From Alphaproteobacteria bacterium (GTDB taxonomy: Bacteria; Pseudomonadota; Alphaproteobacteria; CAAHEQ01; UBA3637), in NCBI GenBank assembly GCA_045635565.1, contig JAZTVX010000021.1, forward strand, positions 15,078 to 79,077: a stretch of DNA of 64,000 bases, in the 5' to 3' direction. The position numbers were made by a program, and so were the translations under genes. Below the pieces are notes generated by a model. It was not told the origin of the DNA. It searched no databases and saw nothing but the letters and a program-made list of their open reading frames with translations. Shown piece by piece: positions 40,627-51,448 of the stretch. Position 1 is the first letter of the stretch. The number at the start of each line of letters is the position of its first letter.

Positions 40627-41343
40627 ATGACTTTATTGCATAGCCAATCAGAAGAACCGTTTGTTCTTTCGGCGACATCGAAATTGTTATTGAAAGAATT
40701 GCTTCAATTACGACAAACAGGTCAAAACAGACCGGTTCTTATAGCCATTTCAGGTGAAAGCGCTGCCGGAAAAACAACTTTTATCAATACGTTAAAGCGA
40801 ATACTAAAATCAGCAACGTTTATTGATGCCGATAACTATTTTAATGATTTATCACAAGAAATTCAACAGGCAGGTTCTTTTGCTAATTTGGTGGAGCAGG
40901 GGTTTGAAAGTGATGCTCCAACGTCATTTCAATTAAAGCAATTGGAACAGGATTTAAGGACTTTAAAATCAAATAAAAGTGTATGGATACCGCTATATGA
41001 TATGAAAACGGGAAAAAGTTTTTCTGATGCACAATTTATTCAACCATCAACATTTATTTTTGTAGCCGGTATTTGTACGTTGTATAGGCCAGTATCAGAT
41101 TTGTTTGATTTTAAAATCTATTTACAAGCAGATGAAAAATTGAGGTTTGAACGATATATGAAACGAGCCACAGAACGAGGACAAACACAATCAGAGGCAC
41201 AACGGCAATATGCCTATATATCTAAAATGGCACAAAAATACATTTTACCTCAACAAAAACAGGCTGATATAATTGTCAAAGGACGATTGCCGAAACATTA
41301 TTTGCAACAGTTGTTTATACAAACAATTCGTTCAATCGTATAA
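40627..41343 (+). CDS. P-loop kinase of the uridine kinase/phosphoribulokinase family
   Basis: Walker A LIAISGESAAGKTTF. 238 aa. Confidence 0.55.
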   Translation: MTLLHSQSEEPFVLSATSKLLLKELLQLRQTGQNRPVLIAISGESAAGKTTFINTLKRILKSATFIDADNYFNDLSQEIQQAGSFANLVEQGFESDAPTSFQLKQLEQDLRTLKSNKSVWIPLYDMKTGKSFSDAQFIQPSTFIFVAGICTLYRPVSDLFDFKIYLQADEKLRFERYMKRATERGQTQSEAQRQYAYISKMAQKYILPQQKQADIIVKGRLPKHYLQQLFIQTIRSIV

Positions 41344-41482
41344 TGATGAGACACGTTTAAGTCGTCTATTAAAATAAATTTGATTCCGGATAAAGCAAAA
41401 ATAATATCTTTATCCGGAATTTGACAATGATAAAGCCTGACTTATTCAGCGAGACTTTGTTATTGGACATCGAAATTGTTGC

Positions 41483-41875
41483 TTATCCTCGTTGTCTGGA
41501 TTCTTTCCTTTTTTTATTCAAATAAGCGTTAGCAGTTGAGGATTTTCCTGCTTGATTTAATCTGTTTGCTACATAAGATTGTTCATATGCTTCCCCATTA
41601 AAAATAAAATTACCGACTGTTCTTGCTTGTTTGATGATTGGCATATCTTTAAATGAAGATTTATTATCACAAAATTCTGAAATCGTTTTAGATGCTCTTG
41701 CACACATCATTTCAGCATCATCTTTTAATAGGATTTTTTTACCTAATTTTTGTTCGGCATGTTTTTTACCACTTTCAATGCCAATACTATCCAGTTCAGC
41801 CAAAAGTCGTGCTTCATAAACTTTGGGTCTAAATATCGCACAAAATGTATCTTCTATATATTTAAATATATTCAT
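41483..41875 (-). CDS. Hypothetical protein. An intact paralog of the pseudogene at 52798-53185.
   Basis: 130 aa. About 60% identical over about 110 aa to the interrupted reading frame at 52812-53185. Confidence 0.4.
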   Translation of the reverse strand: MNIFKYIEDTFCAIFRPKVYEARLLAELDSIGIESGKKHAEQKLGKKILLKDDAEMMCARASKTISEFCDNKSSFKDMPIIKQARTVGNFIFNGEAYEQSYVANRLNQAGKSSTANAYLNKKRKESRQRG

Positions 41876-41892
41876 TTTATAGAATCCTTTCT

Positions 41893-43239
41893 TTATTCAC
41901 TTCTTGCACCCCGACCTTCATCTTTGGGTTTAATATTGGTATTTTGATGACTAATTAGAGTAGGGAAGGTAATTGTCAAATTATCAGATGTTGCTTCCGT
42001 GTTGGTCGATATAGAAAAATAAAAAGGTTGTTGATTGGAATATGCTGGCTTTCTTGTTATTTCTTGACATTTTTGTTCTTCTTGAAACACCTCTTTGAAT
42101 GTACGTGTAATCATATTTCTAACGACTAAAGGCAAATCATTATTGATTGATGATTTTGCTTTTTTCCAATCAATTTTTGATTTTTCATCTTCTGATAATG
42201 TTTTCATGATATAATTAAAAGCGTTTTTGTCTCTTTGTAGAAATGTGCACCCTAATATTTCTTCAATTGTGAACATGTTTAAATTTTTAGAAAAAATAGG
42301 ACATTTTTTTTGATAGAGATGAAACATTGCAAACGGGTGCAATTCTTGAATGGATATACTAGCCATTATGGCTCTTTCTTCTTGAGTGGCTTTTTCATAA
42401 ACCATATCAATAATGTTTTTGTTGCATGTTAAAAGTGCCTCTTTTAAAGGATAGCTATACTTATTAGGTTGAAAGGTTGCGCCTGCATCTAACAAAAGTT
42501 TCACCATTTTTTCATCTTGATGAACAATTGCATAACTTAAAGACGAATTCCCTGCCCAAAACATTTCTTTTCCCCACGTACTGTCTTTATTTTTTTCTTG
42601 AGCAATATTTAAAATTCTTTTAACCAGAATTTCATTTTTGTTTCGAACAGATATTGATAAAAACTCAGATGTACCAAGATTGTTCATAATTTCAGCCCCA
42701 TGTTCAAGAAGCAAAAGAGCCGTTTCGGTGTGATTATGATAAACCGCAGCACGCAAAGCGGGGCTTTCTTTATCACGTTCAAAAAAGGAGGGGTTAATTT
42801 TTGCCCCTTTTTTAATCAACATCGCCACAATTTCTGTTTGTCCAAAAGTAGAAGCCACCACTAAAAGGCTTTTATTATCCCCTGTTTTTTTATTCGGGTT
42901 TAAACCGTTTTGCAAAGCGTGTGCCACTTTTTCAACCAATCCCTCTTTAACCCATTCAAAAGATTGAAAATCTTCATATTTTTTTAAATAAGACGTAATT
43001 TTTTTAACGTTTCCAGACAAAATAGCATCTTTAAAGCGATATTCATCTTTTCCTGAAAAAAACTCCAAATCAATTTTTTTGTTTAAATTGATGAAATAAT
43101 TGAAAATTTCAATAGTTTTCTTTTCAGTCGGATATAAAAAAACACTTTCTCGTTCATATTTTTCAATCATTTCTTTCAGTTTTGAATAATCCCCTGTTTT
43201 AAAGGCATTTTCAAAAAGTTCATTAAAGACAGTATTCAT
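41893..43239 (-). CDS. Ankyrin-repeat protein with a shared-type C-terminal tail (…DEGRGARSE)
   Basis: ANK repeats, for example KSLLVVASTFGQTEIVAMLIKKGAKINP and PALRAAVYHNHTETALLLLEHGAEI. 448 aa. Confidence 0.7.
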   Translation of the reverse strand: MNTVFNELFENAFKTGDYSKLKEMIEKYERESVFLYPTEKKTIEIFNYFINLNKKIDLEFFSGKDEYRFKDAILSGNVKKITSYLKKYEDFQSFEWVKEGLVEKVAHALQNGLNPNKKTGDNKSLLVVASTFGQTEIVAMLIKKGAKINPSFFERDKESPALRAAVYHNHTETALLLLEHGAEIMNNLGTSEFLSISVRNKNEILVKRILNIAQEKNKDSTWGKEMFWAGNSSLSYAIVHQDEKMVKLLLDAGATFQPNKYSYPLKEALLTCNKNIIDMVYEKATQEERAIMASISIQELHPFAMFHLYQKKCPIFSKNLNMFTIEEILGCTFLQRDKNAFNYIMKTLSEDEKSKIDWKKAKSSINNDLPLVVRNMITRTFKEVFQEEQKCQEITRKPAYSNQQPFYFSISTNTEATSDNLTITFPTLISHQNTNIKPKDEGRGARSE

Positions 43240-43262
43240 TTTATTTTTCTTCCGTTAAATTA

Positions 43263-44018
43263 CTACTCTGTTCTTGCACCACGGGAAGTGTCTTGTGTTG
43301 GCAATTGCTTTTGGTCTGTTATTTTTTGGACCTGTCTTGGAATATCTACATCATCTCCTTGTATATTTTCATCTGGGTAAGGCGGAATTCTGTCCAAAAG
43401 TGTTTTTTCATAATTTTCAACAGGTTGAACTGTAATATCTTGCACACGAACAATCGGTGTTGGAAATTTTTGTTCTAAATCCTGATCGCTGATTGGCATA
43501 ATGCTTTTTTCTTCAATGGCTTGTCTGATATATGCTCTAACAGTTTGGCTGTGTTTACTCTTTTTGCGTTCAAATTCAAGTATCCCATTTTTCATAGCAT
43601 CCGAATAAGCCAAAGCAACAGGTGTGTATCCCATTTTATTCACTTTTGTTATAGAGGCTCCATTATTCAACAATGCAACAACTAACTCTTCTCCACCTTT
43701 TTGTTGAACAGCCATATGCAAAAGAGTATCCCCATCTATATCTGCTTTTTTAACATCACATGTCTTATTCTGCACTGATTTGATAATATATTTTTCTAAT
43801 TCAGAAGTATATTGAGAATATTTCATAATTCCTATGTATTCCAATGTTTCACAAGCGGTATTGGATTTATTAAGAACGTTGTCTAAGTCTTTATCAAAAT
43901 CTTCTTCAGTATATGGAAGCAATTGTCTGTTAAAAATGGTAGTTGCAATATTCGCAGTTTTTTTTACTAATTGTGAAAGAAAACCTATTTCATCTTTTTT
44001 ACCAGTATTCGTTGTCAT
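43263..44018 (-). CDS. Ankyrin-repeat protein with the conserved C-terminal tail (…PRQVQKITDQKQLPTQDTSRGARTE)
   Basis: ANK repeat DGDTLLHMAVQQKGGEELVVALLNNGASI..GYTPVALAY. The tail is shared at DNA level with the 51781 and 52328 genes. Confidence 0.7.
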   Translation of the reverse strand: MTTNTGKKDEIGFLSQLVKKTANIATTIFNRQLLPYTEEDFDKDLDNVLNKSNTACETLEYIGIMKYSQYTSELEKYIIKSVQNKTCDVKKADIDGDTLLHMAVQQKGGEELVVALLNNGASITKVNKMGYTPVALAYSDAMKNGILEFERKKSKHSQTVRAYIRQAIEEKSIMPISDQDLEQKFPTPIVRVQDITVQPVENYEKTLLDRIPPYPDENIQGDDVDIPRQVQKITDQKQLPTQDTSRGARTE

Positions 44019-44290
44019 GATAATACCCTTTTTTTATATTTATTCGACATTTTTTATCTCATATGGTGGTCGGTTTTATAGCATATTTAAAGATATCTGT
44101 CAAATATTATCTAAAAACATAGAGAAAATATAAGGAAGTAAAATCCAGTCAGGTAAAATAGTTTTTATAATATTTGACAAATGGTTTATGGAACAAGTAT
44201 ATAGGCATTCAATAGAAGACAGATTGATTTTCGTGTTATAAATTTTGCAATTTTAAACCATGCTTTTGCTTGATATCAATAACATTTCGA

Positions 44291-45484
44291 TTACATATCA
44301 GTGCATACAGCGTATCTTGCCTCATTGTTCAAACCTGTCGGGTTTACATAACCGTTTGAAGGATTGATATGATAACTATAACAATCAGAGTAAGTATCTG
44401 CCATCCACGACCAGTCAGAACCATACGCTTTTTTCATTGCGGCTGTTGGTGCTGATATATTTGTCGTGCTGGATGTTGTTATTCCGATAGTTCTATCGGC
44501 ATGACAATATCCCCATCTGTTTTCACATCCTGTGGGACAGAATTTGTAGGCACATTTGTAATCGGCTACTTTAACAAGACGTTTTCCTAGAGCTGTACAA
44601 AAATGATCAGCACTCCACCAATTCATTGGGATAGATGACATAACAAACGGCGGATTGGATGATTCTTTTGGTGGTTTAAGCGTTGTATTTTTACAAGAAC
44701 CTGTCATACCTTGTGTATCTTTTGTGCATTTATTTCCACCAACATCTGTAATATGACAATACAATCCTCTGTTGCAATCGCTATTACTTTTGCACGTTTC
44801 TGTTTGCATTTCGCATGTTTTTGAAGATGTGAATCTTGTATTTAATTCATTACAATAGCATTGAATAATTTCCCCTGTTTGCGAATTATGCATTGTCTCA
44901 GCTAAACCACCCAACCCATCCGGTGATGTATTTTTAGGACAAATAAGTAATGGTAAAACCTCTGTATTAAAAAATAACATTATTGTGTTATTTTTATCTA
45001 AACAAACTGCATTTTCATCAATAGATACACCATTTAAGAGTTGATAAACAACATATTTTAAAACATTAGATGACATTTGTATGTTTTTGCAAAGTGGCTT
45101 ATTCACATTGGTTAATGATATCCAATAACCAGTTTCTTTTACATGGCATTTTCTTTCTTTTTTGCCGGAATTGCCACAACCATAATCAAACAGATAATTT
45201 CCGGTTATCATTGTACCATTATCGTATGGATCAACTAATGATAATATTTTTTGCTTATCGTAAGATGTTACCAATTCGATCATCAGTTGATGTGATACAT
45301 TATTGATTTCATTTAGCACATTATTTGCATGATATTTATTCATTGCGTACGTATAACCCGCAATACCGATAATAGAAAGTACACCGACAATGGCTAAAAT
45401 ACCTAACATTTCAACCATGCTACGACCTCGTTGTGTTGTCAATGTTTGTAAATTTTCTGTTTTTCGATGCAAGAAATGAATCAT
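44291..45484 (-). CDS. Cysteine-rich secreted protein with a prepilin-like leader. Third paralog. The start is taken at the internal Met. The ORF track extends it to 45580.
   Basis: MIHFLHRKTENLQTLTTQRG|RSMVEMLGILAIVGVL parallels the leader of the 14490 gene. The C-terminal half is Cys-rich (CHITDVGGNKCTKD...CKNTTLK...). Confidence 0.55.
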   Translation of the reverse strand: MIHFLHRKTENLQTLTTQRGRSMVEMLGILAIVGVLSIIGIAGYTYAMNKYHANNVLNEINNVSHQLMIELVTSYDKQKILSLVDPYDNGTMITGNYLFDYGCGNSGKKERKCHVKETGYWISLTNVNKPLCKNIQMSSNVLKYVVYQLLNGVSIDENAVCLDKNNTIMLFFNTEVLPLLICPKNTSPDGLGGLAETMHNSQTGEIIQCYCNELNTRFTSSKTCEMQTETCKSNSDCNRGLYCHITDVGGNKCTKDTQGMTGSCKNTTLKPPKESSNPPFVMSSIPMNWWSADHFCTALGKRLVKVADYKCAYKFCPTGCENRWGYCHADRTIGITTSSTTNISAPTAAMKKAYGSDWSWMADTYSDCYSYHINPSNGYVNPTGLNNEARYAVCTDM

Positions 45485-45605
45485 ACTACCCCCAAATAAA
45501 ACAACGTTTCTTGATAAAAACATTCCATAACAAAATATCCTTTTTGGAGGCATGATATTGGATATTTTGTCTATTGTCAATAAAAAAATAACATCTAAAT
45601 GCCCT

Positions 45606-45636
45606 CAAAAAATGATATTTTTTCAATATCATTTCT
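45606..45636. terminator. Hairpin between the giant repeat-protein gene and the pilin-like gene. Possible terminator.
   Basis: aaatgatatt-ttttc-aatatcattt is a perfect 10-bp stem. There is a T-run on the minus-strand side. Confidence 0.4.
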
Positions 45637-45783
45637 TATAAAAGAGGCTATAAGTGATGCTCTTGTTTTAGAAGGATTATAAATTAACTAAACGTCTAAC
45701 CCATAATTTTCTAAATATTCTTTGCTCCACAAAACAGCCTCTAAAGTATCATTATAGGAAACATTATGGGGCTTTAATTGGTT

Positions 45784-48700
45784 TTATTTTTTCTGGTTAA
45801 TAACCTCTAATACATTATATTCATCGATAATATCGTTGTGATGATTGGTTATATTATTTTGATTCATCAATTCTGTTATATAATCATGGTGGTCTTTTGG
45901 ACCTGGATATATCATTTTATCATTAAGAAGTGAATAATATGCATTTTTGATAAGTGCTCCGATTTCGAATTGAATTTTATTTTCAATACTCGTTCCTTGT
46001 TTTTTCCCGTTAATAAACACATTTTTACTATGTCTGACAACATTTTGATCATTTGTTTTGATAATGTTACTGCTATCTAATGTTAAATGGATTGGTCTTC
46101 TGATTAAAGCCAACTGTGCAGTTGCACTATAATCAAGAGTATCCTTGATATTACCAATAACGATTTTCTTATCTTTTGTTTTGATAATTCCTTTGTCTTT
46201 AATATCACCAGTTATACTAACATTTGGTGTTTGAGTCGTCAAAGAAAGTGTTTCTGTAGTGAGGTCTTTTATTTTCACATCAGTATCAGAAGAAATAACA
46301 ACATCTTTGGATAAAATTTTATTGTAATTTGCTCCATTTCCCGTGTTGTTCAAATGAATAAGATCGCTTGCAATAGCGTTTACGTTGTTTTCATTTGATA
46401 GATCAATTTTTAACGCATTCTCTTTCCCAATTGATTGACTGGCTGTTAATGAAACATTTTTAGCAAAAATATTTGTATCATCAGAAGACAAGCCATTCAA
46501 AATGCTCATGTCAGTTGTAATATCAATATTATTGGAAAAGTCATTTGTAAGCCCTATGATTATTCCCAGATGTAAATCTTGAGATGAGTTAACTGTTAGA
46601 TTATCAACAACACCACTTAAAATGCCATTAGCTTTTAATTCATCAAGTGTTACATCTTTGCCAAAGATATCTAAATCTTCATTAACAAAAACATTGTTTA
46701 GTATTGCATTTGTATGAGTTGTAACAGAAATACTACCCGTTTCTGATATTAAATTGTTAGCCATGATGTTGTTTTTTGCATCAATCATAGCATTACCAAC
46801 AGATATTCCCTCGTTGATATTTAAAACATCTCCAATGCCTTTTATAAATGATTGTTCTGCTTGATATTTCAATCCTTCACCCGCTTTATTTGATGGTGTT
46901 GACACAACCAAGAAACGCTCTCTTGAACCAATGTCTTTACCTTCAACTGTAGTTAATGAAATATTTTTAGCGTTAATATTTACTGTTTCTATTTTTTCAA
47001 ATTTTTCAGAAACATTGCTAATATTTCCTGCAGATACAACTTTAACAGTTCCTAACGCACCTTCGCCGTTATTTGTATCAATCTTATTGATTTTTAATCC
47101 ATTTTGAACATCTTCTGTTCTTAGATAAACATTACTTTCACCTTTAGATAAGATGGTTACCCCTTTGGTTGAAGACAAATTTATTGATGAAGTTTGACTC
47201 CCGACATCACCACTTGCCTTAATTGCAATTTGTTCGCCAGCAATAGAGGAAGCATCAGTTGCATTTTGAACACCTTTATTATTTGTTAAGGTTACATTTT
47301 TAGAGGCTCTAATTGTTCCAATTTTCATATCGTTGTCAGAAACATTTTGGATATTAATACTGTTTAATCCCCCTAGCTTACCATTGTTATATCCAGCAGT
47401 TGCATTTATTGCCCCATTTATATTCACTTCAAGATTTTCGATATTCCCGGCTTCAGATGAAAGAGTTAAATCTTTACCTGCAAATAAGTTATAGTTTTTA
47501 TTTTTATCAGAACTTGCTGTGGCTATAATTCCAAAGGTAGAATTTAATGCTACATTTCCTTCATTTGATTGAATATTGTCGATATACATTGTTGCAATAG
47601 AATCTAAATATATATCATTTTTAGCTTCTATGTTGTAAACACCATTCTTTGCAAATTTTAATGCAGAATCTTTTGTTCCAATTCCACCATTTAATGCTTT
47701 TAAATAAATTTCGCTACCTATGATATGATATGGACTATAAGTTTTGGTGTTGCCGGCAATGATTGAGCCTTCTTTACTTTCTAAAGATATTTTTCCATCA
47801 TTTTCTGATACAATTGAAGATACAACTAAATCGCCTTTATTTGTAATAGAAATGTTGTTTTTAGCTCTGGCTTTTAATTCGTTAACATCAATATCAATAT
47901 TTTCATTTTCAGTTGTATCAAGAAGGATGCTATCAGCTCTTAATTCTAAAGTGTCAGCAAAAATATTTATCTCTTTTCCAATACCATTAAAGTTTTTGTT
48001 AGAGGATGCGAGATAGGCATTGCCACTTGCATTAATGTTAATATTGCTTATCTCTGTATATGGATAATTGATATACACGTCTTTACCACTTGCAGTTAAA
48101 GTTCCATTATTTAAAACTTCAACTTGAATGGCTTTGATTGCAGATCCATTTTCTGTTAATGATTCACCAATATTATTTTGAGTATTTAAAGTAATATTAT
48201 TTGCTGAAATGATAGAATTTGTACCATTCGCTAAAATGCTTCCGTTTGATGTGATATTAACATCACCATGAGCAGCAGAAACGTTGTTGTTTAATAATAT
48301 ATTACCGCTTCCATTAGATGTAATATTAATTTCTGGTTTATCAAATCCTTGAAAGTCAATTGAAATAGAATTGTTTTTAACTTCATAAACCGGATCATAA
48401 TTAACCGTTACGGTTTTATATTGTTTGCCAGTAAATAATTCAACAAGCCATGAACGAGGTTCATAAACTTGATAAGAATATGTTCCACCGGCAGATGTTA
48501 TTGTGTAAGCATCCTTACCGGGAGTATATGTTGTTGAATAAACTTTTGCACCGTCAGCCCTTGCAACAACAGATGTTTCATTACCAAAGAATCCGTTTCC
48601 TTGAGTGTTTCCTGTTGCTGAAGTAATAATTTCACCCTTATTAACATAAACTTCATATTTTCCGGCATTAGAAGATAAAAACTCGTTTGTTAAGTTATCA

Positions 48701-50052
48701 TGAGACAGATTATCAAAAGTATCTCCACCATCTTCTGAAGAAAACTTGAAGTCATTGATTGTTAATTTACCTTGAGTGTTGATATCGGCATTTAATGTAT
48801 TTGTAACCAAATTGTATTTTGAATTATTTATAATATTGATATGTCCGTATCCGTTCAAAAGAACAATTTTACCTGTGTTTGAACTGCTGACAATATTTCC
48901 AGTTAATGTAATATCGCCACCTTCAATATTTGTTTTAAACAAGTGAATATCTCCAGTGACATTTCCTGTTTTAGTTGAGTCGGTTGGTTTAAAATAGGCC
49001 TTGATTTGTTTCAATTGAGATAAATCACTTGTATCATCTGTTAAAGTTAAATAATAGTATTCTTCCCCTGTTTGACTTTTTGTCATTTCGGTTTTAACAC
49101 CATTGATAATCTGATAATATGTATCACCTTCTTTGACAATTGATAGGTCTGGAATGTTAATTTCTTTAATTTCACTTCCGCTTTGAATTAATCCGTTAAC
49201 ATCTATTGTTTTTGCTTCAATATTAATATTTCCAGTTGCAACAATGGCACCATTTTCATTTGCACCGGCAATTTCTATTTCATTTGAAGTATATTGTTGG
49301 TTAAATCCTCCGTTTGGTACTTTTATTTCCAAGTTCTTTGCTTTTAAATTTCCTTCAGATAAAATACTACCAGTATTGTTAATGATAGAAATAGAACCAG
49401 ATGTGTTTTCAACATTGCCTCTTAAAACGATATCACCGGCCTGAGAATTGATGTTAACACTTGGATCATTGGCATTCACATGGTTCACAATGGATATTTT
49501 TGTATCAATGGTTTCATTTACTATATTTTGTGTAATAGAGGAGGGGATACTTGTTCCATAAATACCACCTTTTAACTCTCTATCGATAATCAAATCACCA
49601 TAAATGATGTTATTAGCGCTATAGTTTTGAATATCAATTGTGAAATTATTTCCAGGGGCTGTAATTGAACCTGATCCTGTGATATTCCCCGTTAAATTGA
49701 CTTCACCTGATCTGATAATAATATCATCTACAACCATCGAATATATAGAAGTATCAGAGGAGGCATTTTCTTCTTGTCTGTGTTGTAGTTCCTCTATTTT
49801 TGCCTGCAAATCTTTAATGTCATCAGTATATTTTTCTCTGGTTTCTTCTAATATAGCATTTATTTGATTGATATTATTTTCGGCAGAAGACATTGTGCTT
49901 TTATAAGTTTCAATTGCTATATTATTTTCATTTATTTGTATTGTATCTTGAGCTATTTGTTTGGTTAAAGATTCTTGTTTTGTTATTACAGCAAATAAGG
50001 CATCAGAGTAAGCTTGACTGTTTTTGCCTCCAGTATTATATGCATCAATCAT
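45784..50052 (-). CDS. Giant (1422 aa) beta-helical repeat protein. FHA/adhesin-like Asn/Gly/Ile-rich repeats. It has no signal peptide and no TPS domain.
   Basis: N-terminal coiled coil, then repeats such as GNITGSGSITAPGNNFTIDIQ and GDIVLRGNVENTSGSISIINNTGSILSEGNLKAKNLEIK. Confidence 0.6.
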   Translation of the reverse strand: MIDAYNTGGKNSQAYSDALFAVITKQESLTKQIAQDTIQINENNIAIETYKSTMSSAENNINQINAILEETREKYTDDIKDLQAKIEELQHRQEENASSDTSIYSMVVDDIIIRSGEVNLTGNITGSGSITAPGNNFTIDIQNYSANNIIYGDLIIDRELKGGIYGTSIPSSITQNIVNETIDTKISIVNHVNANDPSVNINSQAGDIVLRGNVENTSGSISIINNTGSILSEGNLKAKNLEIKVPNGGFNQQYTSNEIEIAGANENGAIVATGNINIEAKTIDVNGLIQSGSEIKEINIPDLSIVKEGDTYYQIINGVKTEMTKSQTGEEYYYLTLTDDTSDLSQLKQIKAYFKPTDSTKTGNVTGDIHLFKTNIEGGDITLTGNIVSSSNTGKIVLLNGYGHINIINNSKYNLVTNTLNADINTQGKLTINDFKFSSEDGGDTFDNLSHDNLTNEFLSSNAGKYEVYVNKGEIITSATGNTQGNGFFGNETSVVARADGAKVYSTTYTPGKDAYTITSAGGTYSYQVYEPRSWLVELFTGKQYKTVTVNYDPVYEVKNNSISIDFQGFDKPEINITSNGSGNILLNNNVSAAHGDVNITSNGSILANGTNSIISANNITLNTQNNIGESLTENGSAIKAIQVEVLNNGTLTASGKDVYINYPYTEISNININASGNAYLASSNKNFNGIGKEINIFADTLELRADSILLDTTENENIDIDVNELKARAKNNISITNKGDLVVSSIVSENDGKISLESKEGSIIAGNTKTYSPYHIIGSEIYLKALNGGIGTKDSALKFAKNGVYNIEAKNDIYLDSIATMYIDNIQSNEGNVALNSTFGIIATASSDKNKNYNLFAGKDLTLSSEAGNIENLEVNINGAINATAGYNNGKLGGLNSINIQNVSDNDMKIGTIRASKNVTLTNNKGVQNATDASSIAGEQIAIKASGDVGSQTSSINLSSTKGVTILSKGESNVYLRTEDVQNGLKINKIDTNNGEGALGTVKVVSAGNISNVSEKFEKIETVNINAKNISLTTVEGKDIGSRERFLVVSTPSNKAGEGLKYQAEQSFIKGIGDVLNINEGISVGNAMIDAKNNIMANNLISETGSISVTTHTNAILNNVFVNEDLDIFGKDVTLDELKANGILSGVVDNLTVNSSQDLHLGIIIGLTNDFSNNIDITTDMSILNGLSSDDTNIFAKNVSLTASQSIGKENALKIDLSNENNVNAIASDLIHLNNTGNGANYNKILSKDVVISSDTDVKIKDLTTETLSLTTQTPNVSITGDIKDKGIIKTKDKKIVIGNIKDTLDYSATAQLALIRRPIHLTLDSSNIIKTNDQNVVRHSKNVFINGKKQGTSIENKIQFEIGALIKNAYYSLLNDKMIYPGPKDHHDYITELMNQNNITNHHNDIIDEYNVLEVINQKK

Positions 50053-51225
50053 AGTTTTGAGTACGGTGATTTATTTAATCTCAACACGTTAAGAAAAGAT
50101 TTAAATACTTTTAATCGGAATGCGCGTTCTGTTAAAATGAGAGCAGAATTAAAACCGGGTGAAAAGTATGGAACAACAGATGTTAAAATGGTTGCTGAAG
50201 AAAGTTTTCCATATCATTTATCTACTTCATTTGATAACTTTGGCAGGGATACAACTGGAGAGCATAGGGGAGGGTTGGTCGCTTCTTCAGATTCATTGAT
50301 TGGATTTCAAGATAGGTTATCAGTAGCATTCAATATGTCTCGTTCATCTTCTAATCCTTATGTTGATTATAGTATACCAATTAACCATAGTGGAACAAGA
50401 ATGGGGATTTCATATATGTATGGTAAAAGCGAAATCAGTTTAGATAATAATGCTGATTTTGATTTAACAGCAAAATCAAGAACGCTTAGTGGGTATTTAA
50501 CGCACCCGCTTATTGATACTTCAAAAGGGAAATTAAATCTTAATACCTCTGTTAACGCAAAAAATTCACATGCAGATATTTCGGATATTACCTATTCCAA
50601 ATATAAAGGCCGGTCTGTTGCTGTTGGATTTGGTGGTAATTATAACTTTAATAACAGTATGTTATATGCTTCATCATATTTGACTTCCGGGGTTATTGAA
50701 GATCATATAAAAGATAAGAAACATAGTTTTAGCAAAGTGAATGCTGATTTATATTATATACATTATTTGCCTTCCAGTATTGTTGGAACTTTTAAGGCTG
50801 GTGGGCAGTATTCACCTGACAATATGGCCTATCTTGAACAATATCAAATTGGCGGAATTTCAAGTATCAGAGGATATTCAGAAGGTTTGTTGATGGGAGC
50901 AAGTGCTTATTATACCAACCTTGAAATGTTATTCCCAATACCATTTCTACCTAAAACAATCAATGTTCCTTGCAAAAAAGATGAAACATTCCACTTAAAA
51001 GATTCAGTAAAATTTGCTACTTTTGTTGATCATGGGGCTGTCTTTCATCATGATAGACCAACAGAAAAAGAAAACTTTTTGTTAAGTGCAGGTGTTGGCT
51101 TAAGATTTGCTTTAAGCAAATATATTTCTGCCAGATTTTATGTCGGATTCCCATTGATGAACAAAAAAACATATCGAGAATCTGATGCTGCCTTTCATTT
51201 TGATATAATTGCTGTTCCTTTTTAA
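50014..51225 (+). CDS. TpsB (ShlB/FhaC)-family outer-membrane transporter. Apparently 5'-truncated: no signal peptide and no first POTRA domain.
   Basis: POTRA2-like LRKDLNTFNRNARSVKMRAELKPGEKYGTTDVKMVAEESFPYHLSTSFDNFGRDTTGEHRGG. The Omp85/TpsB L6 motif is present as ISSIRGY. C-terminal beta-strand ends in Phe. Confidence 0.55.
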   Translation: MTVFASSIICINHSFEYGDLFNLNTLRKDLNTFNRNARSVKMRAELKPGEKYGTTDVKMVAEESFPYHLSTSFDNFGRDTTGEHRGGLVASSDSLIGFQDRLSVAFNMSRSSSNPYVDYSIPINHSGTRMGISYMYGKSEISLDNNADFDLTAKSRTLSGYLTHPLIDTSKGKLNLNTSVNAKNSHADISDITYSKYKGRSVAVGFGGNYNFNNSMLYASSYLTSGVIEDHIKDKKHSFSKVNADLYYIHYLPSSIVGTFKAGGQYSPDNMAYLEQYQIGGISSIRGYSEGLLMGASAYYTNLEMLFPIPFLPKTINVPCKKDETFHLKDSVKFATFVDHGAVFHHDRPTEKENFLLSAGVGLRFALSKYISARFYVGFPLMNKKTYRESDAAFHFDIIAVPF

Positions 51226-51448
51226 GACAAATTAAAGAAATGAGAGACAGTTAAGGTATAGAGAATATTATAGTTGATAAGATTGTTATGAAACAGATAA
51301 AAGAACACCTAAAGAATAATTAAAAAATTAGAATGAGTAAAATGATATTTGAAAAACACATTAAAACACAATAATCCTTGTAAGATACCCCAAAATGTGC
51401 TATTGCTATGGATTGAGTATATTTGAATGAAATGAAAGGAAAATTATC

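Noticed and set aside
49640-49867. 75-aa plus-strand ORF upstream of the TpsB fragment. I considered it as the missing TpsB N-terminus.
   Set aside because: It has no signal peptide or POTRA-like sequence. It lies antisense within the giant repeat gene.
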